From a virus (taxonomy: Duplodnaviria; Heunggongvirae; Uroviricota; Caudoviricetes), in the IMG/VR virus record IMGVR_UViG_3300029611_000001, positions 89,067 to 137,831 of that record: a stretch of DNA of 48,765 bases. The stretch is one strand, 5' to 3'. Below are positions 1-7,838 of this stretch, piece after piece. Below the pieces are notes generated by a model. That model made no database searches. It was not told the origin of the DNA and saw nothing but the letters and a program-made list of their open reading frames with translations. Both the position numbers and the translations under genes were made by a program. How positions within the stretch are numbered: position 1 is the first letter of the stretch; each line of letters opens with the position of its first letter.

Positions 1-168
1 AACCTTTACAGCATATTCGGCTGGTATTCCCAAAGCCTTGCAAATAGCCTTTAGATCAGCTCCATTAGCAAATAGAGCGTTATACAACTTAACAGCACTT
101 ACCAAATTTGCAGCATTTTCTTTAATAACAGCATTCTGCAGTTTGTTTACATTTTTTTTCGTAATCAT
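1..168 (-). CDS. hypothetical protein, 3'-truncated by window edge (MITKKNVNKLQNAVIKENAANLVSAVKLYNALF...)
   Basis: Manually translated: ATG at 168, 56 open codons to the edge, AT-rich initiation region and upstream promoter box. Confidence 0.75.
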   Translation of the reverse strand, partial: MITKKNVNKLQNAVIKENAANLVSAVKLYNALFANGADLKAICKALGIPAEYAVKV

Positions 169-312
169 ATCCAATATATTTTAATTGTTAAACAAATGAT
201 ATTCAATTTAATGACCCACAACGCAGGCAATTACAGATACCTATATAGTTCACCCAACGGGTACACTATATAGGTTCACTATGTTAACTCGCGATCTCTC
301 TCGATCACGACG

Positions 313-342
313 CAAATATACGACATTTATCAATACTACAAA
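313..342 (-). promoter_or_regulatory. Bacteroidetes sigma-A-type promoter
   Basis: Minus strand TTTG (339-342), 18 nt, then TATATTTG (313-320). Confidence 0.65.
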
Positions 343-394
343 TATATATGCTATCTTTTTTTTGTTAATTTGTATTAATTTCGATTATATTATC

Positions 395-549
395 TGACTA
401 TCAGCAAGTTATAAAACGAACGAGAGCAGTATTATACGCGTACATTAATATGTAGAATATATGTTTATTTAAGTGGTTTATAATCAATATGTTATAATAA
501 TACATTGATTATCAATAATTTAAATAAGATGTTGATAATCAGAGAGTTT
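395..549. repeat. four degenerate 17-bp direct repeats, consensus near TGATWATCARnRnGTTA
   Basis: TGACTATCAGCAAGTTA 395, TTATAATCAATATGTTA 478, TGATTATCAATAATTTA 506, TGATAATCAGAGAGTTT 533. Confidence 0.65.
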
Positions 550-563
550 GTAGGTTTGAGGTA

Positions 564-617
564 AAAACGCGTTTCCGGTTTTCCAGCGAAGGGGGTGTGG
601 GGGAGAAAACGCGTTTC
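564..617. repeat. two copies of AAAACGCGTTTC with palindromic core, among G-runs
   Basis: Exact copies at 564-575 and 606-617. Confidence 0.85.
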
Positions 618-640
618 GGGGGCGGGAGGTTCGTGATAGG

Positions 641-746
641 TACCCCCTCTCCCACGTTACATAAACATCTTTTACCCCCTCTCCCACGTTACATAAACAT
701 CTTTTACCCCCTCTCCCACGTTACATAAACATCTTTTACCCCCTCT
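641..746. repeat. 32-bp tandem repeat, 3 perfect copies plus partial 4th
   Basis: TACCCCCTCTCCCACGTTACATAAACATCTTT at 641, 673, 705; partial at 737. Confidence 0.97.
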
Positions 747-807
747 CTCCCATCGCACAAACCTATTTCTCATTTTATCATCATCACACCCGCCTCTCCA
801 CGCAACA

Positions 808-844
808 CAAAAAAAATAGGATTGATAGAAACCAATCCTATTTA
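808..844 (-). terminator. intrinsic terminator after DHH gene
   Basis: AAATAGGATTG-N8-CAATCCTATTT stem with T-run on minus strand. Confidence 0.85.
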
Positions 845-862
845 AAACACGACCTTATTAAT

Positions 863-1822
863 TTATTGAATTGAAATAAGTTTGTGGTCTTCAAGGAAGT
901 CCTTAAATTGGTCGCTTGATACGTCTATAACAAATCCAGCAGCACCAGCATGTCCTCCACCACCGAATCTCTTACTTACCTCACAGCAATCCGCGCTGTC
1001 TTCTACGCATTCATAAAGAGAGAACCGGACTTTACCACCTGGCATAATACAAAATGGCATCAGGGCTTTAATTTTTCTACCGTCTAACCAGTCTGGTGTA
1101 AGAGAATCAAATACTTTAGAACTAAATTCCGTGGTATTCATCGCCACGACCTTCACCCCATCAACGTAAGCTTCGAACGAATACGCACTTACCTCTTGTT
1201 CGTTTTTACCAGCCAGGTAATTAATTATAGCACGTCCTTCTTTAGCGAGATCATAAAAAATAAGATCAATTTCATTATCCTTCATATTTTCTTTAAAATG
1301 ATCATATAAATACGACAATGCTCTTAACACATTGAGTCTTATTTTTGATCTCAAGGCATACTGAACGGCTACTACCGTATCCCAGCCTAAACCGGATTCT
1401 TTATTCCACACATCGTAGTCTGACAGACACCGGACGATCGCCGGCACCTTCCCCATAAGCAGGTCGGCGGCAAGTGCGCACGCACCAGTACCGACTCTCC
1501 TCAACCCTGGAACTACGAACCCCCATGTCTTACTATCTTCGATAATTCCCTTATGGTGATCTATCCACATCAGGCTCTTTCCTTCATCAAGCCACTTTTT
1601 GAAAACCGTTTTAGAATCGGCACCGAAAGACACGTCAAGAACGTAAACAACATCTAAGTCACTCACCTTGCTGGTAACTTTCTTAACATCATCTTCATAC
1701 GAATACGGGATATAAATAACATCTCGGTCTTTACCGTTTTCGTACATGGTTGCGATAGCTGCCGATACAACGCCATCCAAATCCGATTTATGATAAACTA
1801 TTGCTGTATTCTTTACTTTCAT
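863..1822 (-). CDS. DHH/DHHA1 phosphoesterase (NrnA-like)
   Basis: HKSDLDG, LDVS, DHH and GGGHAGAAG motifs. Confidence 0.92.
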   Translation of the reverse strand: MKVKNTAIVYHKSDLDGVVSAAIATMYENGKDRDVIYIPYSYEDDVKKVTSKVSDLDVVYVLDVSFGADSKTVFKKWLDEGKSLMWIDHHKGIIEDSKTWGFVVPGLRRVGTGACALAADLLMGKVPAIVRCLSDYDVWNKESGLGWDTVVAVQYALRSKIRLNVLRALSYLYDHFKENMKDNEIDLIFYDLAKEGRAIINYLAGKNEQEVSAYSFEAYVDGVKVVAMNTTEFSSKVFDSLTPDWLDGRKIKALMPFCIMPGGKVRFSLYECVEDSADCCEVSKRFGGGGHAGAAGFVIDVSSDQFKDFLEDHKLISIQ

Positions 1823-1831
1823 AATATGAGA

Positions 1832-2410
1832 TTATAAATTTAAATCAAGATCCTTACCAACAAACCGAGTAACATCCATATAGTCAATACCAGCATTCTC
1901 AGCACATACCTTATCCGAATCAGAGAACTGCCCTGGTAGGCCACTGGCGTCCCCGACCATCAACGAACATCCCTTAAGTTGACTGAAGTTCATACCGCGC
2001 ATTACCGTGTCTTTACATTCCATAAGGACATCATCAATCATGCCAGTGTTAGGCTTCCTCATCGGATTTTGTTCGTCATTTGAATAACACAACCTTTTTT
2101 CATATAGGACGCCTCTTATGCCTCTCTTTACCGCCAGATCATGTACGGACCTCAGTACGTATTCTATCTTAGCTTCAATATCAGCTCCAGAAACAAACCC
2201 AGCTTCTACTCCTCCTTGATTGCTTACGATAGCAAATACCTTAACACCGTTCTCCTGCATGAGGTCAAGAGCCTTATTCACCACATCCATCTTAATCCTC
2301 ATATCTGTCAAGTCTGTAGCGAACGTATTCCCAGAAGCGGTTTCTATAAGCGTCCCGTCAAAATCGAATAGCAATATTCTTTTGTTTTTAATATCTATAT
2401 CGTTCATCAT
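1832..2410 (-). CDS. HAD-IIIA phosphatase (polynucleotide 3'-phosphatase/GmhB-like)
   Basis: FDFDGTL, SNQGG, RKPNTGM, MVGD motifs. Confidence 0.88.
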   Translation of the reverse strand: MMNDIDIKNKRILLFDFDGTLIETASGNTFATDLTDMRIKMDVVNKALDLMQENGVKVFAIVSNQGGVEAGFVSGADIEAKIEYVLRSVHDLAVKRGIRGVLYEKRLCYSNDEQNPMRKPNTGMIDDVLMECKDTVMRGMNFSQLKGCSLMVGDASGLPGQFSDSDKVCAENAGIDYMDVTRFVGKDLDLNL

Positions 2411-2817
2411 TTTTCACTCCTACTCTTTTTTATTACCCTAAGCTGAAGACGGAACAGATTACTGTCTTCTTTTATAATATCATACACAGCATAAGAATTT
2501 TCTCCTATATCCCATCCAAGATAATCGAGCAGGTCTTTTAAGTAAATCCTCTTGTATTTTACACCAAGGTTATTTACCTTAAACGATCTCTCGTCTTCAA
2601 CATCAGAAGCAGCCAGATAAAAGACCGTATTTTCAACTCCTTCAAATATCTTCCCTTCTTCTAAGCCGATAACAACCGCATCCGTTACCCCCATCCAATT
2701 CAAATTATCGACAGAGATAGTCATTATCTTACTTTTGCTGATTGACAACTTCCGGATCTTGCTTTCTTTAGTTTTAGATCCTAAAAAATCCGTACTGTTA
2801 AAAAAATCTACTTTCAT
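2407..2817 (-). CDS. hypothetical protein
   Basis: 136-aa ORF, ATGA overlap with next gene, TATGTTTG box at 2844-2851. Confidence 0.8.
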   Translation of the reverse strand: MKVDFFNSTDFLGSKTKESKIRKLSISKSKIMTISVDNLNWMGVTDAVVIGLEEGKIFEGVENTVFYLAASDVEDERSFKVNNLGVKYKRIYLKDLLDYLGWDIGENSYAVYDIIKEDSNLFRLQLRVIKKSRSEK

Positions 2818-2843
2818 GGTTATAATATTTTATATTTATGTTG

Positions 2844-2970
2844 CAAACATACATAATAAATAATCATCAAAGAAATAAATAGGATTAAAATATGATAAAA
2901 AACCCATAGCACTACGTATTTAATAAAAACAAATCAATGACACAAGATAATAAAAATAATCATATATTTG
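2844..2970. promoter_or_regulatory. divergent TAnnTTTG promoter boxes
   Basis: TATGTTTG on minus (2844-2851) and TATATTTG on plus (2963-2970). Confidence 0.6.
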
Positions 2971-3001
2971 TCGGTATCTTAATCAATTAAAAATAAATGT
3001 C

Positions 3002-3658
3002 ATGGAAAAATTGAAAATAGGTTTTGTAACCTTCAATCCGGGATCAGGTGACGGTGATCAGGCAGTCACCGTATCAGGTGAAAAATACGAAGGTCGTGTA
3101 CAGCGCACGCAACAAGTAGAATTTGGTGCCGAATCAGGCGGTGTTAAGAAAACTGCTACCATCAACCAAGCTGCGGCAACTGAGTTTGTAAAAATAGATC
3201 CTACTGCATCCGTAGGGAAAGAAGGTGGTACTGTAACGATCAAGGGTACAAGTAACTCAACTAAATTAACGTTCTCCTTAACTCCGGACAAGTCTCATCC
3301 TCTGACGCTGCAAATACCAGCCTCCTATCAGGCGGCAGGCAAGGCTACCAGGAACGGCGCTGTTATTGCCGACGACCCTGGTGCAACAGGGGGGCTTGCT
3401 TTCAGTATCGTATTCCCCGGTATTGCAGCGAACACTAATATAAACGATCTGGTAAATACTCTTAAGGTTACGGCCGCTGGTGGTCAGACAGCTAATACGG
3501 TTATTACCCAGACAGCAGGTGATCCGTTCTTGGAAATAGACAAGGAGGTAATCAACTTGGATGCAAACGGTACTCCTCAGACTATCAATGTTAATGCTAA
3601 CATCAGGTGGACTATCACGCAAGCTGTTTCTAAGTTGGTAAGGAAAGTAATGAAATAA
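3002..3658 (+). CDS. BACON/Ig-like beta-sandwich protein, probable virion decoration
   Basis: Thr/Gly-rich beta pattern: PGSGDGDQAVTVS...GRVQR...TINQAA and LDANGTPQTINVNANIRWTI. Confidence 0.65.
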   Translation: MEKLKIGFVTFNPGSGDGDQAVTVSGEKYEGRVQRTQQVEFGAESGGVKKTATINQAAATEFVKIDPTASVGKEGGTVTIKGTSNSTKLTFSLTPDKSHPLTLQIPASYQAAGKATRNGAVIADDPGATGGLAFSIVFPGIAANTNINDLVNTLKVTAAGGQTANTVITQTAGDPFLEIDKEVINLDANGTPQTINVNANIRWTITQAVSKLVRKVMK

Positions 3659-3670
3659 CAATTACTTACA

Positions 3671-3710
3671 GAAAAAGAAAAGGGGCGTCTATTTGGCGTC
3701 CCTTTTTTCT
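3671..3710. terminator. bidirectional intrinsic terminator between convergent genes
   Basis: AAAAGGGGCGTC-TATTT-GGCGTCCCTTTT flanked by A- and T-runs. Confidence 0.8.
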
Positions 3711-3958
3711 ATGCATTGTATGTAGTATTTATCTTTTTGCCTACTGACAAAAATCTTTTTTAAAATCATCTGTTTTCTGATATGGACTCTTTTCCCGTCA
3801 TCTAATTCCCTCCATATTTCATTAAAGATCAAATCTATTAATTCCATAACCTTCTTATCGGAGACAAGATTCTTTCTACCGGGGCTGACCCATCCATCAT
3901 CAGTCATCTTACCGGCTATCCTATTAGCTATCCTGCTTAATTCACGTGGGGTGCTCAT
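3689..3958 (-). CDS. HU/IHF-like DNA-binding protein (divergent)
   Basis: 89 aa, basic; KKVMELIDLIFNEIWRELDDGKRVHI resembles HU helix 2 and first strand. Confidence 0.5.
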   Translation of the reverse strand: MSTPRELSRIANRIAGKMTDDGWVSPGRKNLVSDKKVMELIDLIFNEIWRELDDGKRVHIRKQMILKKIFVSRQKDKYYIQCIEKRDAK

Positions 3959-4647
3959 TTTAATTTGTTTTTAAATATTCTACCTTTTTCACACTGAAGA
4001 ATGCAGTCTCTCATGGGATGATCTTGTTCGTGATCGTCACACATCGGAAATTCATTTCCATAGGGGAAAGCAATGTGCGGGCACTGCGCCCTGAACGCAT
4101 CCCAGGCCGACTTCCTCACAGCCTCAGCCCCGGCACGCACGCCTTTCTCTCTTTCCTTGGCTGGGTCAGCATACACGTTTGAAATAGCTCTTTTCTTCCA
4201 AGTAAGCATATTGTAGTAAAACTTATCCACCAGTTTCCTACCCACTACATCAAACTTCTGTCTATGAATTAAAGGTGCGACCTTAACGACGTTCTTCCTA
4301 TTTTTACTGACATCGACATAAATCAGCCCGGCATAAGACGGAACTTCATTTACGTCAATCATATTAGGCGGACAGGCGTAGTAGAAATAGTTTGGAGGAT
4401 AGCTTATGACACCACCTACCTTAATAATGCCGTCTTTAAGAACCTTATGTTTTTTATCCTTTTTGAAGTCGTTAAAGAAATCTTGTTTAGACATCTTGAC
4501 CTCTACTTCATAAGCGTACAATGATCTTGTTATGGCCAGGAAGTCAGATTCCCAATCATATATATGGAGATTGTTAATAACATACATCGGATTACTTAAC
4601 AGATCCCTATTAAGGATCTTAAGCATTTGTTGCTCTGGGTAGTTCAT
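3955..4647 (-). CDS. MmcB-like PD-(D/E)XK nuclease with Cys-rich C-terminus
   Basis: ESDFLAI...YEVEVKMSKQDFFND...PNYFYYACP. Confidence 0.7.
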   Translation of the reverse strand: MNYPEQQMLKILNRDLLSNPMYVINNLHIYDWESDFLAITRSLYAYEVEVKMSKQDFFNDFKKDKKHKVLKDGIIKVGGVISYPPNYFYYACPPNMIDVNEVPSYAGLIYVDVSKNRKNVVKVAPLIHRQKFDVVGRKLVDKFYYNMLTWKKRAISNVYADPAKEREKGVRAGAEAVRKSAWDAFRAQCPHIAFPYGNEFPMCDDHEQDHPMRDCILQCEKGRIFKNKLK

Positions 4648-4663
4648 TGTCTTACTTTTTTAG

Positions 4664-4735
4664 AGGCTTGTGGCGGAATCGAACCTCCCTACGAGATTTT
4701 GCAGATCCCTGACTAAACCACTCATCCAACAAGCC
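4664..4735 (-). tRNA. tRNA-Cys(GCA)
   Basis: Acceptor GGCTTGT/ACAAGCC, anticodon loop CTGCAAA, TTCGATT loop; one T-stem mismatch. Confidence 0.88.
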
Positions 4736-4738
4736 ATG

Positions 4739-4810
4739 TAGCCCAACCGGGAGTCGAACCCGGAACTAAAGTTTAGGAAACTTTTGTTATATCCGTTTAA
4801 CTACCAGGCT
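4739..4810 (-). tRNA. tRNA-Arg(CCT)
   Basis: AAAGT-TTCCTAA-ACTTT anticodon arm, CCGGG-TTCGACT-CCCGG T-arm. Confidence 0.88.
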
Positions 4811-4879
4811 ATTTAATGTTTGCTATGTTCACACACCGCAAACATTCAGATAATTAACATTTCCACAAAAACTTAATCG

Positions 4880-4950
4880 TTATCCAAGGAGGATTCGAAC
4901 CTCCGATAACAGAACCAAAATCTGTTGTGTTACCACTACACCATTGGACA
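4880..4950 (-). tRNA. tRNA-Gln(TTG)
   Basis: ACAGA-TTTTGGT-TCTGT anticodon arm, GGAGG-TTCGAAT-CCTCC T-arm. Confidence 0.92.
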
Positions 4951-4951
4951 G

Positions 4952-5024
4952 TGGTCCCGGAGGGATTTGAACCCACGATCTTGCGGTTATGAGCCGCCTG
5001 CTTTCACCACTAAGCTACAGGACC
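4952..5024 (-). tRNA. tRNA with CAT anticodon, most like Ile2 (lysidine), Met not excluded
   Basis: GGTCCTG/CGGGACC acceptor; GCAGGCGGCTCATAACCGC resembles bacterial Ile2 tRNAs. Confidence 0.85.
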
Positions 5025-5108
5025 TTAAAAATATGCAGGAGCCTTCACAGACGCCTGCATATAACAGCTAAATATTAACTAATAATTATCCTAAAAACTC
5101 TCTCAACG

Positions 5109-5140
5109 CAAAGTTAAGTACTAACCCATAATATGGCAAA
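5109..5140 (-). promoter_or_regulatory. promoter for tRNA cluster
   Basis: TTTG-N20-TAACTTTG, canonical Bacteroides spacing. Confidence 0.8.
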
Positions 5141-5168
5141 CATTAAAATATAAAAAGGATTAAAATAC

Positions 5169-5903
5169 CTACTTCTTTTTTTTCTTCTTCTTTTTAGTGT
5201 CTTTTACTCGTTCAGCTTCGTTTTCGGGCTCCACAATATCACCGGCTTCTTCCTGAATCACATCCGTCTCAGGAACAACATCAGACTTCTCCGGTTCTGC
5301 CACATCCTTATCTGCCTCCTCATCTTTATCCAATTCCGGCTCAGCGACATCATTTTTGTCTTTACCGATTATACCTATCTGGTAGCCTCTTAATTCTATT
5401 TGCATTGATTTCAGCTTCGATTCTAACTCCTGTATTGCCTTGGCTCCAATAGAAACCTCATTTTCCAAATCTCCGATTCTGATCCTGGCTTCAATCAATG
5501 CATTTGATTTCTTTTTTAATTCAAATGAGATACTGTTTTTCTTTTCTTCCAAGTTACTGATTTTGTAATTAGCCTCATCAAGATCAGACTTAGCTTTGTC
5601 AAGATCAGCCTTGACCGAATCAAGTTCTTCCGTTTTCTTCTTGACGCTTTTTATCAGCTTTTTCTGATTTTCCTTCAAGGCGTCAATCTTTTCCTTAGAC
5701 TCAGAAAGATCTTTGCCAATAGATAAAATCTCTTTATCCTTTGAAGCTATATCTGACTTAAGTTCGGAAAGCCTTTCCTTGTAAAAATCAGCCTTATCCT
5801 GCATTTCCTCAATTTCTTTTGCAAGATTTTCGGATTTAATAGCTTTCTCCCTGTACATTGACAGCTTGCTGTCTGTGATGAATGTAAAACCTAACATGCT
5901 CAT
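5169..5903 (-). CDS. coiled-coil protein with acidic tail and terminal poly-Lys
   Basis: Heptad K/E/L pattern; ends DTKKKKKKKK. Confidence 0.75.
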   Translation of the reverse strand: MSMLGFTFITDSKLSMYREKAIKSENLAKEIEEMQDKADFYKERLSELKSDIASKDKEILSIGKDLSESKEKIDALKENQKKLIKSVKKKTEELDSVKADLDKAKSDLDEANYKISNLEEKKNSISFELKKKSNALIEARIRIGDLENEVSIGAKAIQELESKLKSMQIELRGYQIGIIGKDKNDVAEPELDKDEEADKDVAEPEKSDVVPETDVIQEEAGDIVEPENEAERVKDTKKKKKKKK

Positions 5904-5921
5904 TTTCAAAATATTTAAACA

Positions 5922-6578
5922 TTACTTAACTCCAGAACTACCAAGACCTTTTTCTCCACGTTCATTTCCGTCTTCTACCTCAATATCTGTCACCTCTTCC
6001 AATACCATTTTGTATTGTGGAACTATTTCCATCTGAGCTATTCGATCGTTTTTATGGATTACGGTCGGTTTTTTATTGATTTTAGTAAGATTAACCATAT
6101 ACTCTCCTTTGTAGATAAATTCGCATTTGCCAGGAGCGTTAGTAACTACCACTCCCTCGTCAAAAGAGAATCCAGATCTTCCTTCTACATTCGCACACCA
6201 TCCTTCTGGGATATTCAACTTGAAGCCGGTTCCGATTCTAACGGAATAACCTTGATATAAGGTAATTGATTCAAAATCGGAAGGAACATCTATTTCCACT
6301 CCCATATCATTCACCATCTTCACCACTCTATATGCACGAATATCACAACATGCATCGCCATCATATTTGTATTCAGGTACCACGACATCAGGATAAAGTT
6401 TCTTAATACCTACCTGCACAGTCTTCTGATAACCTGGAGTCAAATAAGATTCAGGTATTTTATTAACGACCTTATCTTCTTTTTTATGTTTGTTGTTCTT
6501 TTCAGAAACAGTATCCTTCTTATTATCTTCTTTTTCATAAAGAAGTCTTTCAGTATCTTCTAACTTATCCATAATCAT
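5922..6578 (-). CDS. dut: trimeric dUTPase family protein, atypical motif 3
   Basis: ACCDIRA, EGRSG, DRIAQ, RGEKGLGSSG. Confidence 0.88.
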   Translation of the reverse strand: MIMDKLEDTERLLYEKEDNKKDTVSEKNNKHKKEDKVVNKIPESYLTPGYQKTVQVGIKKLYPDVVVPEYKYDGDACCDIRAYRVVKMVNDMGVEIDVPSDFESITLYQGYSVRIGTGFKLNIPEGWCANVEGRSGFSFDEGVVVTNAPGKCEFIYKGEYMVNLTKINKKPTVIHKNDRIAQMEIVPQYKMVLEEVTDIEVEDGNERGEKGLGSSGVK

Positions 6579-6823
6579 ATTTTTATAGTACAATAAACAA
6601 TACCTTCTTTTTTTATGTCCTTCGTTGATTCATAGCACTCACGAAAAGTACTTATGTCTGCATCATTAGGATCATCGACCCACTCATCTCCTTGCTTATA
6701 TTTTTCTCTGGTTTCTGAGTAGATCATACATAATTTATCCCCATGCTTCGCCATAATCCTTTCTTCTGTCACTTTCCTACGAAGTTTAATAAGGGGAAAT
6801 CTTGTAACTATTTCTACTATCAT
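6575..6823 (-). CDS. hypothetical protein
   Basis: Tightly packed ORF in operon. Confidence 0.65.
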   Translation of the reverse strand: MIVEIVTRFPLIKLRRKVTEERIMAKHGDKLCMIYSETREKYKQGDEWVDDPNDADISTFRECYESTKDIKKEGIVYCTIKI

Positions 6824-6878
6824 TCTACACAATCTTTAAAAGCCCAAGAGATGTTATTCTCCTGGGCTGATGTTTATA

Positions 6879-7826
6879 TTAAAATGGAAGGTCTTCTTCT
6901 TCCATAGGAGGGAAGTTCGGCATCTGTGCTTGCGGCTGTGGCTGCGTCTGATGCTGAGGCTTGGTGCTCCTTGTAGTAGGTGCCTGGGCAGGTGCAGCAG
7001 GCTGAGCCGGTGCCTGATACTGTGCTGGCTGTTGAGCAGGCTGTTGATAATTCTGATACGGAATAGCACTCGGAACAGACTGAGGTTGTTGAACCTGTTG
7101 AGGCGCGGCAGGCTGCTGGGTATAAGTCTGAGGAGCTACTGGCTCTTGCTGAGTATTTCCTCCTATCCCTAATTTAGCCATTATACCGGCTCTGATGTCT
7201 TTAATAGAGGCATTGAACCTGTTTGAATATTCAGTAATCTTCTGATAAGTAAAGTTGTTTTGAGCTGAATAATCAAGGCTTTTCTTGCCATCAAATCCTG
7301 TAACTTCAACAGGATCCGGCCAACCATTTACGCCTTTTTTATAATAACGTTCAACAAGCTGATCTCTTTCTTCGTCTACTCCGGCATATGCGATAATAAG
7401 TTCCGAAGATCCAAACTCGTCATCTTTCTTCTTCTTAAAGACATTGAAATAAATTTCACGACTGAAATCTATGTTTTCGTAGTATTTTACGAAGCTCTTA
7501 ACAAAGCCCTTGATATTTCCTTTTTGATTGACGAGAGGTATGGAAATACAATAGTTTTCATTAAGCTCGTAATCTTTTAATACGATAAGGAAATTAGTAG
7601 CAGTATTTCCATTAGAGAAAGTACTTGTCTTTAACCCGATGTAGTTGATGTACCCAACTATTCCATTATAATACTCTTTCCAGTATCCTGCCGGCTGACC
7701 GCTATTAGGATTTATGTGCTGAACGAAACCTTCTTTCGGTTCGTTACTTTTTTCATACAAGTTACCATCTGAATTAATATACAGATAATAAGTTGTACCA
7801 AAACTTCTGTTTTCTCTAAAAGCCAT
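6879..7826 (-). CDS. putative single-stranded DNA-binding protein
   Basis: Aromatic-rich N-domain, Q/P/A linker, C-terminal EEEDLPF SSB-like tail; next to clamp gene. Confidence 0.7.
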   Translation of the reverse strand: MAFRENRSFGTTYYLYINSDGNLYEKSNEPKEGFVQHINPNSGQPAGYWKEYYNGIVGYINYIGLKTSTFSNGNTATNFLIVLKDYELNENYCISIPLVNQKGNIKGFVKSFVKYYENIDFSREIYFNVFKKKKDDEFGSSELIIAYAGVDEERDQLVERYYKKGVNGWPDPVEVTGFDGKKSLDYSAQNNFTYQKITEYSNRFNASIKDIRAGIMAKLGIGGNTQQEPVAPQTYTQQPAAPQQVQQPQSVPSAIPYQNYQQPAQQPAQYQAPAQPAAPAQAPTTRSTKPQHQTQPQPQAQMPNFPPMEEEDLPF

Positions 7827-7838
7827 ATTTTTATTTTT

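Noticed and set aside
641..746. CRISPR array
   Set aside because: Units are contiguous and identical with no spacers; no cas genes
4640..5024. Theta/HDV-like ribozymes 3' of tRNAs, or a suppressor tRNA
   Set aside because: 3' trailers are 1-3 nt or AT-rich with no nested pseudoknot; anticodons are GCA, CCT, TTG and CAT
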